Positions 1-19,470 of a stretch of 64,000 bases of DNA are shown piece by piece. A model generated the notes under the pieces. That model did not search any database. It saw only the letters and a program-made list of their open reading frames with translations, and had not been told where the DNA came from. A program made the translations under genes and the position numbers. This stretch comes from the human T2T-CHM13v2.0 reference genome, Homo sapiens: NCBI RefSeq assembly GCF_009914755.1, contig NC_060933.1; one strand, 5' to 3'. Position 1 is the stretch's first letter; each line of letters opens with the position of its first letter.

Positions 1-32
1 CACGTCACTGGGCCGCAGCTGCCACAGCAGGC
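1..32 (-). CDS. SARDH: SARDH coding exon (exon 3), partial, runs off the window: (G)LLWQLRPSDV
   Basis: Acceptor ccctcccgggcag|GC CTG CTG TGG; phase 1 completes the Gly codon begun in the previous exon; peptide matches sarcosine dehydrogenase as recalled. Confidence 0.92.
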
Positions 33-1273
33 CTGCCCGGGAGGGTGGGTGCCATCACTCCCCAGGGAGTGGACTGCACCTCCTTCCCCCAGACGAATAT
101 CAGGGGATACCCTGATATTCAACCATGGGTGTCTTTCTCTGCAAGGTCTTTCTCTGCAGGACCTGGGGGGCCTGGAGAGGTTGTTGAGCAGGAAATAACT
201 GGACCAAGATGAATGTGAGGGAGGTCCCGCCCTTGGGCAGCTCAGAGAGTGACATAGCAAAGGCCCCCATTTTTGGAGCACCTACTGTGTGCCAAGCCCC
301 GTGCTAAGCCTGTCATGCCCTATGAGGAGGGCGTGATTCTCTTATAGATCAAGTTCAAGTGGCACCAACAGTTCTGTGGCCAAGATCACAGAGCAGGTGA
401 GTGGAGGGGGCGCCGAGACACCAACCCACTACTGAATGAAGCTTAAATCTGCACTCTCCCCAACAAAGGATGCCCTCCAGCAGCTGAATGTGAGAGGTGG
501 CAGGCCAGGGGTGTGGCTGGCGAAACGTCAGGGAAGAGGCTATGACAGCCCAGCTAGGGGGCCAGTGAGAAGGCAAGAGCAAGAGTTGGAGCAGTGGCTT
601 GTGGGAGCCGGCTCGCATCAGCTCTCAGGAGCCCAGGGATAAACCTCTTCCCAACTCCACAGTCAGTGACCTCACACTGGTGGCTTTTGCTATTGGCCAG
701 GGTGGGAGTGTTCACACCACAGGAACTGGCCAACACTGCAGGTCAGGAGATCCAGTTTGCCAGGACATCCATGGCTGAAATGGTGAAGGCAGAAGGTTGG
801 CTGTCCTGGGACATGCACACCATAGGTGCTTAATATATGCCCCCTGGTTAGTTAGGAGAATGAGAACTGTAGAAGCCTCTGGTGCTCATGGAGGACACAG
901 GTCTGCTTCACCCTCAATGGTCCCCGTCCGTCCTTCTCCACTCCCTGGAATGCCCTCAGTCCTGGTGGCTCTGTCCAGGAAAGGGGCTTCTGCCCTCTGG
1001 ACAGCTGCCTGGAGTTTCCAGCTCTGGCCCCAGCTTCACTCTCCAGGCCACACAAGCAGCATCTGCTCCCTCCTCCCACCACAGCTCTTCAGCGACTGGG
1101 AGGGCAAGCAGTGCCCCCAGCTCCGCCCACCTGCAAACTGGCCATGCACCCTTCCCCAGGGTCTCTTCCCCAGGCTGGTTGTTGTGAACCAAGAACTGTC
1201 CCAGCTAGCAATGGGCTGTGGCCCCTCGCTATGTCCTATCCTTCCCTGCCCCTACCTGGCCCCCGGTCCCTAC

Positions 1274-1604
1274 CTGCCGTGTGCCAGGTGGTCCCGGAGG
1301 TCAGCCGCTCCCGCTCCAGCAGCACCGCCCCACTCATGCCCAGCTTGGCCAGGTGGTACAGGGTCTGGCAGCCCAAGCTGCCTCCACCAATGACCACCAC
1401 GTTGGCCGTGCTGGGCAGGGGCCGGCTTGGGCCTTGGGCCACCACCGAGGTGCCCTGTCCCTCCTTCAGGGTCCGCTGATATGGCACACTCTTCTCGGCT
1501 GTGGGGCCAGCTGCGCTGGACAGGTTGCATGGCCCCATGCCCCGGGTAGGGCTCTGGCGAGGGTGGGCAGCAGCCACACGTAGGGCTCGGCTCAGTGAGG
1601 CCAT
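1274..1604 (-). CDS. SARDH: SARDH first coding exon (331 nt CDS): mitochondrial sarcosine dehydrogenase N-terminus
   Basis: [22 protein letters not shown]... (Arg/Ser/Ala-rich, acid-free transit peptide), FAD-binding VIGGGSLG (GxGxxG) and SGTTWHTAG motif; donor CAG|GTAGGG at 1274/1273; acceptor ctctccccag| at 1634 leaves 30 nt of 5'UTR in this exon. Confidence 0.97.
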
Positions 1605-1760
1605 GGGGGCTCCAGGCCTCAGCAAAACAGGGAGCTGGGGAGAGAATCAGAGCTGGGTGGGGTGCAGAGGGGACACGCTGGGGGCTGTGCTGAGTACCCA
1701 GGGAAATAAGGGCCCTATGGTGTTACCTCCCAGGGCCTTCCTCTTGCCACTTCCCCATGG

Positions 1761-1912
1761 CATTCATTCATTCACTCATTCATTCATTCATTCACTCATT
1801 CATTCATTCACTCATTCATTCATTCACTCATTCATTCATTCACTCATTCATTCACTCATTCATTCATTCACTCATTCATTCATTCATTCACTCATTCATT
1901 CATTCATTCATT
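1761..1912. repeat. (CATT)n microsatellite with CACT interruptions, probably grown from an L2 3' tail
   Basis: Directly visible ~150-bp array, followed by L2-tail-like sequence. Confidence 0.9.
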
Positions 1913-3188
1913 CTGTGTGTATGTATTAAGGGCCTGGTATGCAGCAGGCTCTGTCAGTGCCCGGGGGCAACCTTGGTGAGGATAGGTCTCTGCCAGCCCA
2001 CAGAAAAGACAGGGAGCGCCAAGCTCTGGGTAGAAGTGGGGGTCGGGGCCACAAGGGGAGGTAGAGAAGAGGGGGTGACGTGGCTGGCAGAGATCCAAAG
2101 TGAGACCTGAGGAAAGTGGGCTGCCCCGTGAGGCCGGGCAGGGAGGATGGGGAGGGGACTGAGGACAGAGGACCAATAGCTGGAAAGGAGGGGCTCCGGT
2201 CTCAGGGACACTCACCCCCAGATCACAGACAGCGAGAGGCTGGGGCTGGGCGGGGGCCGTCCCGCCAGCCTTGAGAGCCCTTTCGGAGCTCAAGATGCTC
2301 CTGAGGGGCCAAGCAGCCCTGCTGCCCCACAGGTCTGTGCTGGGGCAGACCCCAGGTCCTGCGGGGTGGGGATGGGACCTGGGAGGCAGGAGTGCCCAGA
2401 GAAGGCGGTGGTAGTGGCACAGCAGGGCAGGGAGGGGGTTGTGTTGAGGGATGGAGACACTTGCGCTCCCAGACAGAGAGCCAGGAGGAGGGAGAGGCAT
2501 CGTGGATGCTACAGCAGTGGCCGCAGGGTATCGGCAGGCAGCCTCGAGACGGGGCACCCAACCCCCAAGCCTGGAGCCAGCACCTCCTCCTGGGCAGGCC
2601 CCTCCCAAACCCAGACAAGAGGGGTTGCCCCCTCATCAGCCCCAAAGCTCGGTGGGACTAAGGCGGAAGCTGATGAAGGATGTGGTGTCCCGGCTCTGCT
2701 CCCTTGGGGCCACCTGGGATTGCAGAGTAGGGGCTCAGAAGCCGGGTTAACAGGCCTTCCTCCCCTCTGCTCCTTCCCAGCTGACCCACCCCGACTCCCT
2801 CCTCCTTCAGGAAACCCTCCCAGATCTGCCCAGCCAGAAAAATCCAATAACAATGAGAATGCAAGAGGGAGCCCTCCTTCTCAGGAGAGAAGGCGCTGAT
2901 GAAGACGGATGTCTCCTTGGGTGCAGGCGAGGCAGGACAGGCAGTCAAAGGAGTCACCATGTCCTGGGGACGCAGCAACCGTGGTGACTGCAATCCACAC
3001 AATCAGCCTCCACGTTTGCACTGTAACTGAGCTCGTGTTAACTGAGCTCGTTCAAGCAAAGCTGTCTGCAGTAGGGCCTTTCCCCTGGAGAGGGCATGTG
3101 CACATTGATTTTACCTGTCCTCAAACTGACCCTTTGCTCATTCTAATAGTAAAAAAACACACCCCTCGGTGGAGATTTTAAGATGCTA

Positions 3189-4151
<963 letters not shown>

Positions 4152-5687
4152 TAAGAACGGAGGTCTCACAACAGCCCTCAATGGAAGGGTGGGGTGGTGT
4201 CCTGCCCAGTGTGGACCTCCACTGCCCTTTTCTGGGATCTGCAGGAAAAGTGAAAGGGATGTGGCTGTGATCCAAGATGTGAAGTGCTGTGCCACCTACG
4301 TCAGTATGAATGACTGATATAATTATCTAAGAAAGTCAGCATCCTTTTTCAAGAGTGGACCATAGCTATGCACGTTCGTTCACTCTCATTGAACACCTAT
4401 AGACACATGATAATGTCTCTACTTCACAGCGGGGGAGTCTGACACACGGAGAGGCTCCCTGAGGTGACCAGGGTCATAGGGCCTCCATGTGGCAGTGCCA
4501 GGGACTCTCTCCTGCCCCCTCTTCTGACCATCCCAGGGGGACTCAGGACCCACTGCCACACTCTGTCCCACCTGAACTGTGGGCACTGCCCAAGCCCTGA
4601 CGAAGCCCAGAACCCTGTCCTAGGCACAGTGGGGGATGTGAGGGGGATCCCAGCTCTCAGGCTGGTCAGGGCTGCCCCCCATCTCCTGCCCCAGTGCCCC
4701 ATCCCAAGGGAGGGAGCAGGGAGTCTGATTGCAGCGGCGTAGGGGAGTGAGGAGGTGTTGGAGCTTGTCCTCAGCCTCTCAGCCCTCAGTGTGTCAGCCC
4801 GCCTGGCTCCTGCCTGCAGAGGTGGCCCCGGACAAGGAGGCATGCCTCCTGCATGTGTCTGTACATACCTTCAGTCCTTGAAGGTCCACAGTCTTCCAGG
4901 AGCCCCCAAAAGTGGTGCCCCACCAGGGGAAAGCCAGCTTGAGTGGCACCGAGGAAGGCCCTCCAAGGCTGAACACCCCCACCCCACCACCCACCACCCA
5001 CCACGGTGCCGCATGGCACAGCACACCTGGTCAGCTGTGGGCAAAAGCCTCCCTCCTCCTTCCGACTGTGCCCAAAAAGCGACAGCTGCTGGCGCCGGAG
5101 GCTGCCACGTGCCCCTTCACCACCTGCCTGGTCAGTCAGGGCTCTTCTGACTGTCAGACTGGGGGCTGGCAGCGGCCCCAGCGGGGACAGCCCAGAGCCC
5201 CTCCTGCCTGCCACCTCCCTGGAAACAGCTGCCTCCACATTAACCCACTCTCTTGCCCCCTCCAACTCTGTCTCGTACCTGAGTCAGCTTCCCAGGAGTG
5301 AGGGCTGAGGACAGCCCTGGGCTTGGGATCAGACAGATGGGTGGGGGTTTTGTCACAGGACTGGGGCCTCGAGCAACAACTTAACCTCACTGCAAAGCAG
5401 AGGACCCAGGAACGCCCTCCTCCTCCCAGGCTCAGGGGGTGGTGGGGGTCAAGCGAGGAGAGCGCCTGGCACCTTCGCCTGGTGAGGGTAGGCAGACTTG
5501 TGGGGAGGAGCGGCAGGGGGCGGGGAGGCAGCTGCCCATATGGTGAACCCTGGTCCTGCTCATGCAGCTGGATGGTCCCTGCAGCCAGAGGCAGAGGGAG
5601 ATCCCAGCCAGATCTGACCAGGCCCAGCCCCGCCCACATAGGGGAGGCCCCAGCCTCGTCCCTCCCTGGGGGTGTACCTCCAAGTAC

Positions 5688-5960
5688 CTCTTGTCAGCTG
5701 CAGTGCCCCTCGGCCCTAAGAGTGCTTGGCCCAGCAGAGGTGCCTTCACCTTCTTGCTTCCCAAGCAGTGGCCTGGCCGGAACTCCAGGCCTCCCCCGCC
5801 CCCCACCCTCGCTGCCAGCCCCATGTCTCCGCCCAGGATCTGGGCGGAGCGTACCGCCCACCACTGCGGCTTCTAGGCCAGCTTAGTTGGGGCTTCTAGG
5901 CCAGCCCTGTGGGCAGCTCCCTCTGAGGGCGGCAGAGCAGGGTTGTGAACCCCATGCCCC
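5688..5960 (-). promoter_or_regulatory. SARDH: Candidate proximal SARDH promoter / non-coding first exon
   Basis: GC boxes (CCCCCGCCCCC ~5793, GGGCGG ~5842), local CpG enrichment, candidate donors GAG|GTACTT (5688) or GAG|GTACAC (5678). The coding exon has an acceptor, so an upstream non-coding exon is required; exact TSS not determinable. Confidence 0.45.
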
Positions 5961-7126
5961 ATTACCCGTAGGCGACCTGGCAGTCACCCTTCCGCTCCAA
6001 CCCTCATTTCCTCGTCTCTGAAACAGGCGCCTCAGGGTTGCTGCAGTAGACCCAGGCACCACCTGCCTGCTGGAGCCGCCCGAGCTCCCCGCGCCCAGAA
6101 GGAGCTATGCACAGGCAGGGTGGGCAGGAAAGGTGGGGTCAGCAGCAGCTTGGGCCAGGGGCCCGTCCACTGCAGGGAGGCTCCTTTGGTGAGGTCATCT
6201 CAGCACATGCCCCAGTTTGCTCACCCCCAGGGACAGGATGCTCACTGCCTTCAGAGGCGAGTGAGAAGGCCTGGGTCAGCTTCCCAGGGACAGGGTCTCC
6301 TGGTCTGTCTGCGTCCTGCTTTCCCGAGCTCCCAGACCCCTCTGGTGTTTGGGGAGATGCCCCCAAGCCACTGGCTACTGCACAGCACGTAGCCCCCAGG
6401 GCAGGGATTCCAGCCTCCATTGACTGTTGGGGACAGCAGTGCCCAGGGAGGGGGCCACACAGCAAGCTGGTGGAGGAGGCAGACCGGATGCTGCAGCCTG
6501 ACTCTGGGCTGGGGCAAGTTACCCCTTCCCAGACAGAAGTAGACACCCAGAGGAGGGGTGTGGAGGAAACCCAGAAAGAATACACCTCTGGATGCCCAAA
6601 GAATCAGAACAGGTGCTGATGGAAAGTCACATCTCCTCCTCGCGCTGGATCAAAGACGGGGCATTTCAATGGCAGTCTGTTAATATTGTAATGATGCCAG
6701 CTGCCAATACCGGAAGCGATCGTATAGTAAACTGCTGTAATTAATACCAATCAAATCATTGTGTTCTTATTCACACCGAGGATGTCCGACTGTCTTGTTG
6801 CCAGCTTGTCTATCCTCTACATTTACTGAATGCCCAATGTGTACAAAGCACTGCTGGGAAACCTATAGTGACATCTAAGACCCAGCCCCTGCCCTCGAGG
6901 GGCTCAGGGTCCACGAAGCAGACAGATCCAGGGAGAGACACGACACCACAAGGCTGGCTTCCTTCCAGCAGGGAATCCAGGAGGACCTCTTAGAGGAGGG
7001 GGCCTGGGCTCTGGGCCTGACCACGTGCTGACACCATTCTCAGTCCCTGCCTCAAAGGCAAAGGGCCCACTGGCTTAGGCCCCTGGCTGCCCAGTGGAAA
7101 GCTGGCCCCGCCAGTTTGAGGCTTAC

Positions 7127-7450
7127 CTGGGGTGGTGTGGGGGTCCTGGGGCAGAGGACCTCCTCTTTGGATGGTGTGGCTTGCCCAGTGGCCTGAGCTA
7201 GGGCTGTGCTCACCCAACAGGGTGACGAATGAGCTCAAGAGGGCAAGGAAGGAGTGTGGCCCAAGTTCTCCCAGGAGTCCTGGACGTGCAAGTGCATGGG
7301 AGAAAAACGCAGCAGTCACCACAGCTCCAGGGCAGTGGCCGGGTAGCCCACACTTCTCCTGTCCCTGCACTCAAAGACAAGTTGCAACTGTTGCAAAACT
7401 GTTACAAGCCAAGAGGGCAGCACAATGAACCTGCACTTTGGACAAGGGGT
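7127..7450 (-). promoter_or_regulatory. SARDH: Candidate distal SARDH non-coding first exon and promoter with HNF4-type DR1
   Basis: Strong donor CCAG|GTAAGC at 7127/7126; TGCACTTTGGACA at 7432-7444; SARDH is recalled to have alternative first exons. Confidence 0.45.
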
Positions 7451-7824
7451 GGTGGCTGGGGGCCGGTCCCGGCCTGTTAGCTGTCTGTTAGTATCGTAGG
7501 ATTTTCATCCGGCAGGGCCTGTTAGCACCCAGCTCCGGTCTGGGAGAGGTGGAAAGGCTGTCTCCCCCCAGGGACTAGTAGTCACAGCTCTGGAGAGGCC
7601 AGGCTCCGGACAAGGAGGCCAAGACAGGGTCCTGTACGATCTCGGGCTGGTCTTATCACCTCTCCCTTTGCTGAGACTTAGTTTTCCCATCTTGGAACAG
7701 GAGGCTGGAAGCCCTGCCATGTCAGTTTCACAGAAGCCTTGTAAATTTCCCTGAGTAAATTTCCTTCAGTCCTGCTCTAGATCACACCAACAGAGGGGCT
7801 GCCACCTCAAAGAAGTCACCCCAC

Positions 7825-8312
<488 letters not shown>

Positions 8313-9463
8313 ATGACTCTATGTTTAGTGCACTCTGAAGAAAACTGTGGTGCAAATCAAAGTCACAGTTGACTCTACATTCAGGAGTGAGGGGCTGCCT
8401 CCAGGTTCACTGCCCTCCCCAGCCTCCCCGCCACCGCTCCAGTGGGGACTGTGGTAGACTTGTTCCTCTGCCCTCATGGCCTGGACATACCTGAGCCAAC
8501 CCCAAGACTCTTCCTCTGGCTCAGGCTGGCCCTCTCTGCAGGCCCCCACCAGCCCTTGGCCCCGACTTGCTGGCCAGGCTTCCAGGACAGAGAGAGGTGC
8601 CTGCAGGCTGCCCTCTGACGGGGCAGAAGTCCAGGGAGGAAGAAGCGGAGGCGTTGGGGGAGGAGGCTCCTCCACCGAGCTCTGCGTGCAGCCCTGTGAA
8701 AGAGGACATGAGCAACAGCATCCCAACCCAAACTATAAGAGCCAACATCACCACTGACCAGGAGGAAGGCAGTGCCCCAGTCACCTCTGAGGGCCTCCTG
8801 GGAGTCAGGCAGCGTGCTAAAGGCTTCACACGTGTCATCTCAAATGAGACAGCAACAACTGCTACCCATCGTGGAGATGGGAAAACTGAGGGAGAACACA
8901 GCCAACAGGTGCCAGACCCAGGTGATTCATGGGCCAGGGAAATTTCCAGAACAATTTTCAAGGGCTGAATTTACACTGCCAAGATTTTATTTTTTCAATA
9001 AGAACCTGAAAAAGAAAACTACCACTGAATATCCCCGTGATTTCATGAAGACAGAATGTTTTCTATCCTCTGTCAAAGTAGAAGAGATGCCCTCCCAGGG
9101 TAAGGGTGGTCCTTCCTGAGAAGCAGGTGGCTGCCCCCATCTGCCTGACACCGATGCACAGAGGCAGGTGGAAATTGCTCCAGGCCTGAAGCCATCTGGG
9201 CACAGGCATTCCCAGGAATGAGCTGCTGAAGTGACCCCCACCTGGCAGTTGTGGCCTGGGGCCGTTGTGGGCTCGGGCTCCTGAGGGCCGGAATGCAGAT
9301 CCTCATTCCCCGGAGCACCCTCTCCACTCCATGGCCTAACACTGTTTGTGAGTGAAAGAAACATGGTGGATGGAATCCGCGGTGGAATCCATGGAAACAT
9401 GGTGGATCCCGGCGGCTGAGCCTATGCCAGGCAGGTGCCAGGAGTGCTTCAAAATCATCTCGG

Positions 9464-9770
<307 letters not shown>

Positions 9771-11078
9771 TCATCTCGGGGCACTGTGTCCATGGCCGCA
9801 GGCACTGCCACCGTCTGATGGGGACACAGGACATGGGGCTTCAGAAGGACTTCCTGCCCACAGTGGGGAGCTGACCTCAGCCCTGGCGTAGGGCCCCAGT
9901 CTGCACTGGGGATTTGGAGAGAAGGATGGAGAAGCAAGAGGGAGGGCAGAAGCTGGAAGCCTGGGCTCACCAGGGTCTGAGACCCACAAGCACCGCCTAG
10001 ACCCCTCAGCTAGTCAGCCAAACCTTCCAGGGCTCTCATGTGCCTGCCCAAGGGCAGGGGATCCCTGGCATGACCCATGCTGTGCTTTGTGTCTTTGTAT
10101 GTGTTGCCCTGGAAACTCCCTGTAAAAATCCAGATTTCCAAGCTTCAATCTTGAAAAGCTGGCCACATGGGGCCCAAAACCCACTGGACACACTTAGGTG
10201 GGTCACTCCTACTCCAGCTGGCCACAGTTCTTACCCTGCATTTTGCCCTTTTGCATTTCCCGCTGGCATCTGGGAGCTTTGCCCTTCCAGCACTGACCAG
10301 GACTCCCAGCACTGACCAGGACTCTCCATCCAGCTGCAGGAGCAAGAGTAACCTTCAAAGGAGATGCTGGTGCTGGCTGGGCAGCCAGGGAACTGTGCGT
10401 CTTGCACAGAACGGAGGGTGGGAGGACTGTGCAGTGCTCTCTTTGGGCCCCAGAATCTGAATGCCCTTCCAGATACTCAGGTGAGGGCAGCAGCCCACCA
10501 CGGATGAAAGTCACTGGTCACCTCCAGGCTGTCTGCCCTGGAAGAGTAGCCTTGGCAGGAAACACCGCCCCTGGTGGCCACACGTGAGTATTACAACCTG
10601 GCGGAGCTGGACCCAGTCTCAGAAGGGGACTAGCAGGCAGATAGGGGGTGATCTTACACTGGTTGGGACTGACAGCCTAGGCTCAGCCTGGCTCCTATCT
10701 TCTCTTCCAGACCACACCAGCAGAGGGGCTGTCACCTCAAAGAAGTCACCTCCGCCAAGGATAAAATCCACTTGATCAGGATGCATGATCTTTGTAACGT
10801 GCTGTTGAATTTGGTTTGCTAATATTTTGGTGAGGATTTTTGCATCTCTGTTCATCAAGGATATTGGCCCATAATTTTCTTTTCTTGTAATGTCCTTGTC
10901 TGGCTTTGGTATCAGGGTAATTCTGGCCTCATAAAATGAGTTTGGAAGTGTTCCTTCCTCTTGAATTTTTTGGAAGAGTTGGAGAAGAATCAGCATTAAT
11001 TCTTTCTTAAATGTTTGGCAGAATTCACCAGCGAAGGCATCAGATATCCTGGGCTATTTTTTGTTAGGAGGTGTTTGA

Positions 11079-11445
<367 letters not shown>

Positions 11446-12011
11446 GATTTTCTAGTTTTTTTTGGGATTCAGTCTTGGTCGGCTGTCTGCTTCTAGCAAT
11501 TTATTCATTTCTAGGTTATCCAATTTGTTGGCATAGTTGTCTATTATTTCTTTGGTATCAATTGTAATCTTTCCTCTTTCATTTATAATTTTCTTATTTA
11601 TCTGAGTCTTTTTTTATTTTAGTCTAGCCTAAGGTTTGTGGGTTTTGTTAACCTTTTCAAAAAAACTCAACTCTTAGTTTTGTTGATCCTGTCTATTGTT
11701 TCTTAAGTCTGTATTTCATTTATTTCTGCTCTGATCTTTCTTTCTTTCCTTCTGCTAACTTTGGCCTTAATTTGTTCCTCATTTTATAGTTCCTTGAGGT
11801 GTGAAGTTAGGTTGTTTATTTGAGATCATTCTTAACGTAGGCATTTATTGCTATAAACCTCCCACCTAGAATCACTTTTGCTGCATCCTATGAGGTTTGG
11901 TATGTTGCATTTCCATTTTCATTTGCCTCAAGATATTATTTTATTTCCCTTTTGATTTCTTATTCCACTCATTGGTTGTTCAGGACTGTGTTGTTAAATT
12001 TCCACACATGT

Positions 12012-12959
12012 CCGGCCGCCATCCCATCTAGGAAGTGAGGAGCGTCTCTGCCCGGCCGCCCATCGTCTGAGATGTGGGGAGCACCTCTGCCCCGCCGCCC
12101 CGTCTGGGATGTGAGGAGCGCCTCTGCCCGGCTGCAACCCCGTCTGGGAGGTGAGGAGCGTCTCTGCCCGGCCGCCCCGTCTGAGAAGTGAGGAGACCCT
12201 CCACCCGGCAGCCACCCCGTCTGGGAAGTGAGGAGCGTCTCCGCCCGGCAGCCGCCCCTTCCGGGAGGGAGGTGGGGGGTTCAGCCCCCTGCCCGGCCAG
12301 CCGCCCCGTCCGGGAGGGAGGTGGGGGATCAGCCCCCCGCCCGGCCAGCCGCCCCGTCCGGGAGGTGAGGGGCGCCTCTGCCCGGCCGCCCCTACAGGGA
12401 AGTGAGGAGCCCCTCTGCCCGGCCACCACCCCGTCTGGGAGGTGTGCCCAGCAGCTCATTGAGAACGGGCCATGATGACAATGGCGGTTTTGTGGAATAG
12501 AAGCGGGGGAAAGGTGGGGAAAAGGTTGAGAAATCGGATGGTTGCCGTGTCTGTGTAGAAAGAAGTAGACATGGGAGACTTTTCATTTTGTTCTGTACTA
12601 AGAAAAATTCTTCTGCCTTGGGATCCTGTTGATCTGTGACCTTACCCCCAACCCTGTGCTCTCTGAAACATGTGCTGTGTCCACTCAGGGTTGAATGGAT
12701 TAAGGGTGGTGCAAGATGTGCTTTGTTAAACAGATGCTTGAAGGCAGCATGCTCCTTAAGAGTCATCACCACTCCCTAATCTCAAGTAATCAGGGACACA
12801 AACACTGCGGAAGGCCGCAGGGTCCTCTGCCTAGGAAAACCAGAGACCTTTGTTCACTTGTTTATCTGCTGACCTTCCCTCCACTATTGTCCTATGACCC
12901 TGCCAAATCCCCCTGTGCGAGAAACACCCAAGAATGATCAATAAAAAAAAAAAAAAAAA
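12012..12959 (+). mobile_element. 5'-truncated SVA retrotransposon (VNTR + SINE-R + poly(A))
   Basis: GC-rich VNTR units (GTGAGGAGCGTCTCTGCCCGGCCGCC) 12012-~12445, SINE-R ending GAATGATCAATAAA(A)n; 16-bp TSD AAATTTCCACACATGT at 11996-12011 and 12960-12975. Confidence 0.97.
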
Positions 12960-13358
12960 AAATTTCCACACATGTGTAAAATTTCCACTTTTCCTCCTGT
13001 TATTGATTTCTAGTTTTATACCATTGTGGTTGGAAACGATACTTGATATGATTTCAATCTTCTTAAATGTGTTAAGACTTGTTTTGTGAGCTAACATATG
13101 ATCTTTCCTGGAGAATGTTCCATGTGCACTCGACAAGAATGTGTGTTCTGCTGCCATTGGATGGAATGTTCTGAATCTATCTGTTAGGGCCATTTGGTCT
13201 GTAGTGTTGCTCAAGTCTCCTGTTTTCTTATTGATTTTCCAGCTGGATAATCTGTCCACTGTTTAAAGTGCTGAAGTCCTCTACTATTATTGTAATCTAT
13301 TTTCCCTTCAGTTATGTTAATATTTGCTTTACAGAGTTAGGTGCTCCCATGTTGGGTG

Positions 13359-13698
<340 letters not shown>

Positions 13699-14427
13699 TA
13701 GTGCATGTATTTTTTGAATTGTTATATCCTCTTGATGAATTGATCCATTTATCATTATATAACAACTGTCTTTGTCTCTTGGGATAGTTTTGATTTAAAG
13801 TCTATTTTGTCTGATATAAGTGTAGCCACTTATGTTCTCTTTTGCTTCTCATTTGGATAGAATAACATTTTTCAGCTTATCTGTGTCCTTAAAGCTAAAC
13901 CAAGTCTCCTGTAAGCAGCATATAGTTGGATTTTGTTTTGTTTTGTTTTTTAATCCATTCAGCTGCTTAGTGGCTTCTGAGTAGATAATTTAATCAATTT
14001 AAATTTAAAGTAATTATTAATAGGTAAGGACTTATTACTGCCATTTTGTTAATTGTTTTCTGATTGTTTTGTAGTCTCATTGTTCCTATCTTCCTCTCTC
14101 ACTGTCTTTATGAGATTTTTTTTTTTTGTAGTGGTATGCTTTGACTCCCTTTTATCTTTTGTGGGTCTACTACAGTTATTTTTCTTTGTGGTTACCAGGA
14201 GGTTTATATACAACATTTTATAGTTATAACAGTTTAAGCTGATAACAACTAAACTTTAGCCACATACAAAAACTCTACACTTTAATTTCTCCTCTCCCAC
14301 ATTTTATGTTATTGGGGTCATACTTTACATCTTTTATATATTGTGTATCCATTAACAAATTATTGCTATAATTATTCTTTAAATTTTATACTAGAGTTAA
14401 AATAATTTATGTATCACCATTACAATA

Positions 14428-14763
14428 TGCTATGCTTTGGATGTTTTTGTCTTCTACAAAATTCATATTAAAATTTAGTCCCCAGTGCAACAGTATTGGG
14501 AAGTGTGTCCTTTGGGGTGTTTACTTCATGATGGCTCTGCCATTATAAAAGGGCTTGATGGAAGAAGTTTGTCCCCTTTTGCTCTTCTACCCTCTGCCTC
14601 TGCCGTGTGAGAATGTAGCAAGAAGACCCTCACCAGACACCAGATGCTGATGCCTTGATCTTGGACTCCCCAGCTTCCAAAACTGTGAGAAATACATTTT
14701 TGTTCTTTATAAATTACCCGGTCCGTGTCATCCTGTTACGGCAGTGCAAAATGGACTAAGACA
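14428..14763 (+). mobile_element. MST-family MaLR solo LTR
   Basis: Begins TGCTATGCTTTGGATGTTT, ends AATGGACTAAGACA; internal CCTTGATCTTGGACT. Confidence 0.85.
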
Positions 14764-15149
14764 CAGTGGCAGAGTACTCCCAATTTGACTATATTTTTAT
14801 CTTTACAGAGTTTTTATACTTTTGTGTCTTCATGTTGTTACTGTCCTTTCATTTCAACTTGAGAAACTCCCTTTAGCATTTCTTGTAAGGCAGTGATAAT
14901 GAACTCCCACAGCTTTTGTTTGTTTGGGAAAGCCTTTATCTCTCCTTCATTTCTGGACATCTTTCCCAAGGTTGACAGTTTTATCCTTCTAGCCCTGTGA
15001 ATATATGATCCCACTCTCTCCTGGCCTATGAGATTTCTTCTGAGAAATTCACTGATAATCTCCTAGGGGTTTCCTTGTATGTGATGAATTGCATTTCTCT
15101 CACTGCTTTCAAATTTATCTCTGTCTTTGGCTTTTGAGAATTTCTCTTT

Positions 15150-19470
<4,321 letters not shown>

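Noticed and set aside
1501-2110. ORFs with (HSFI)n peptides
   Set aside because: Translation of the (CATT)n microsatellite.
10287-10324. Short tandem duplications (19 bp here; similar at ~25796-25860 and ~26881-26918)
   Set aside because: Ordinary slippage products with no functional context.
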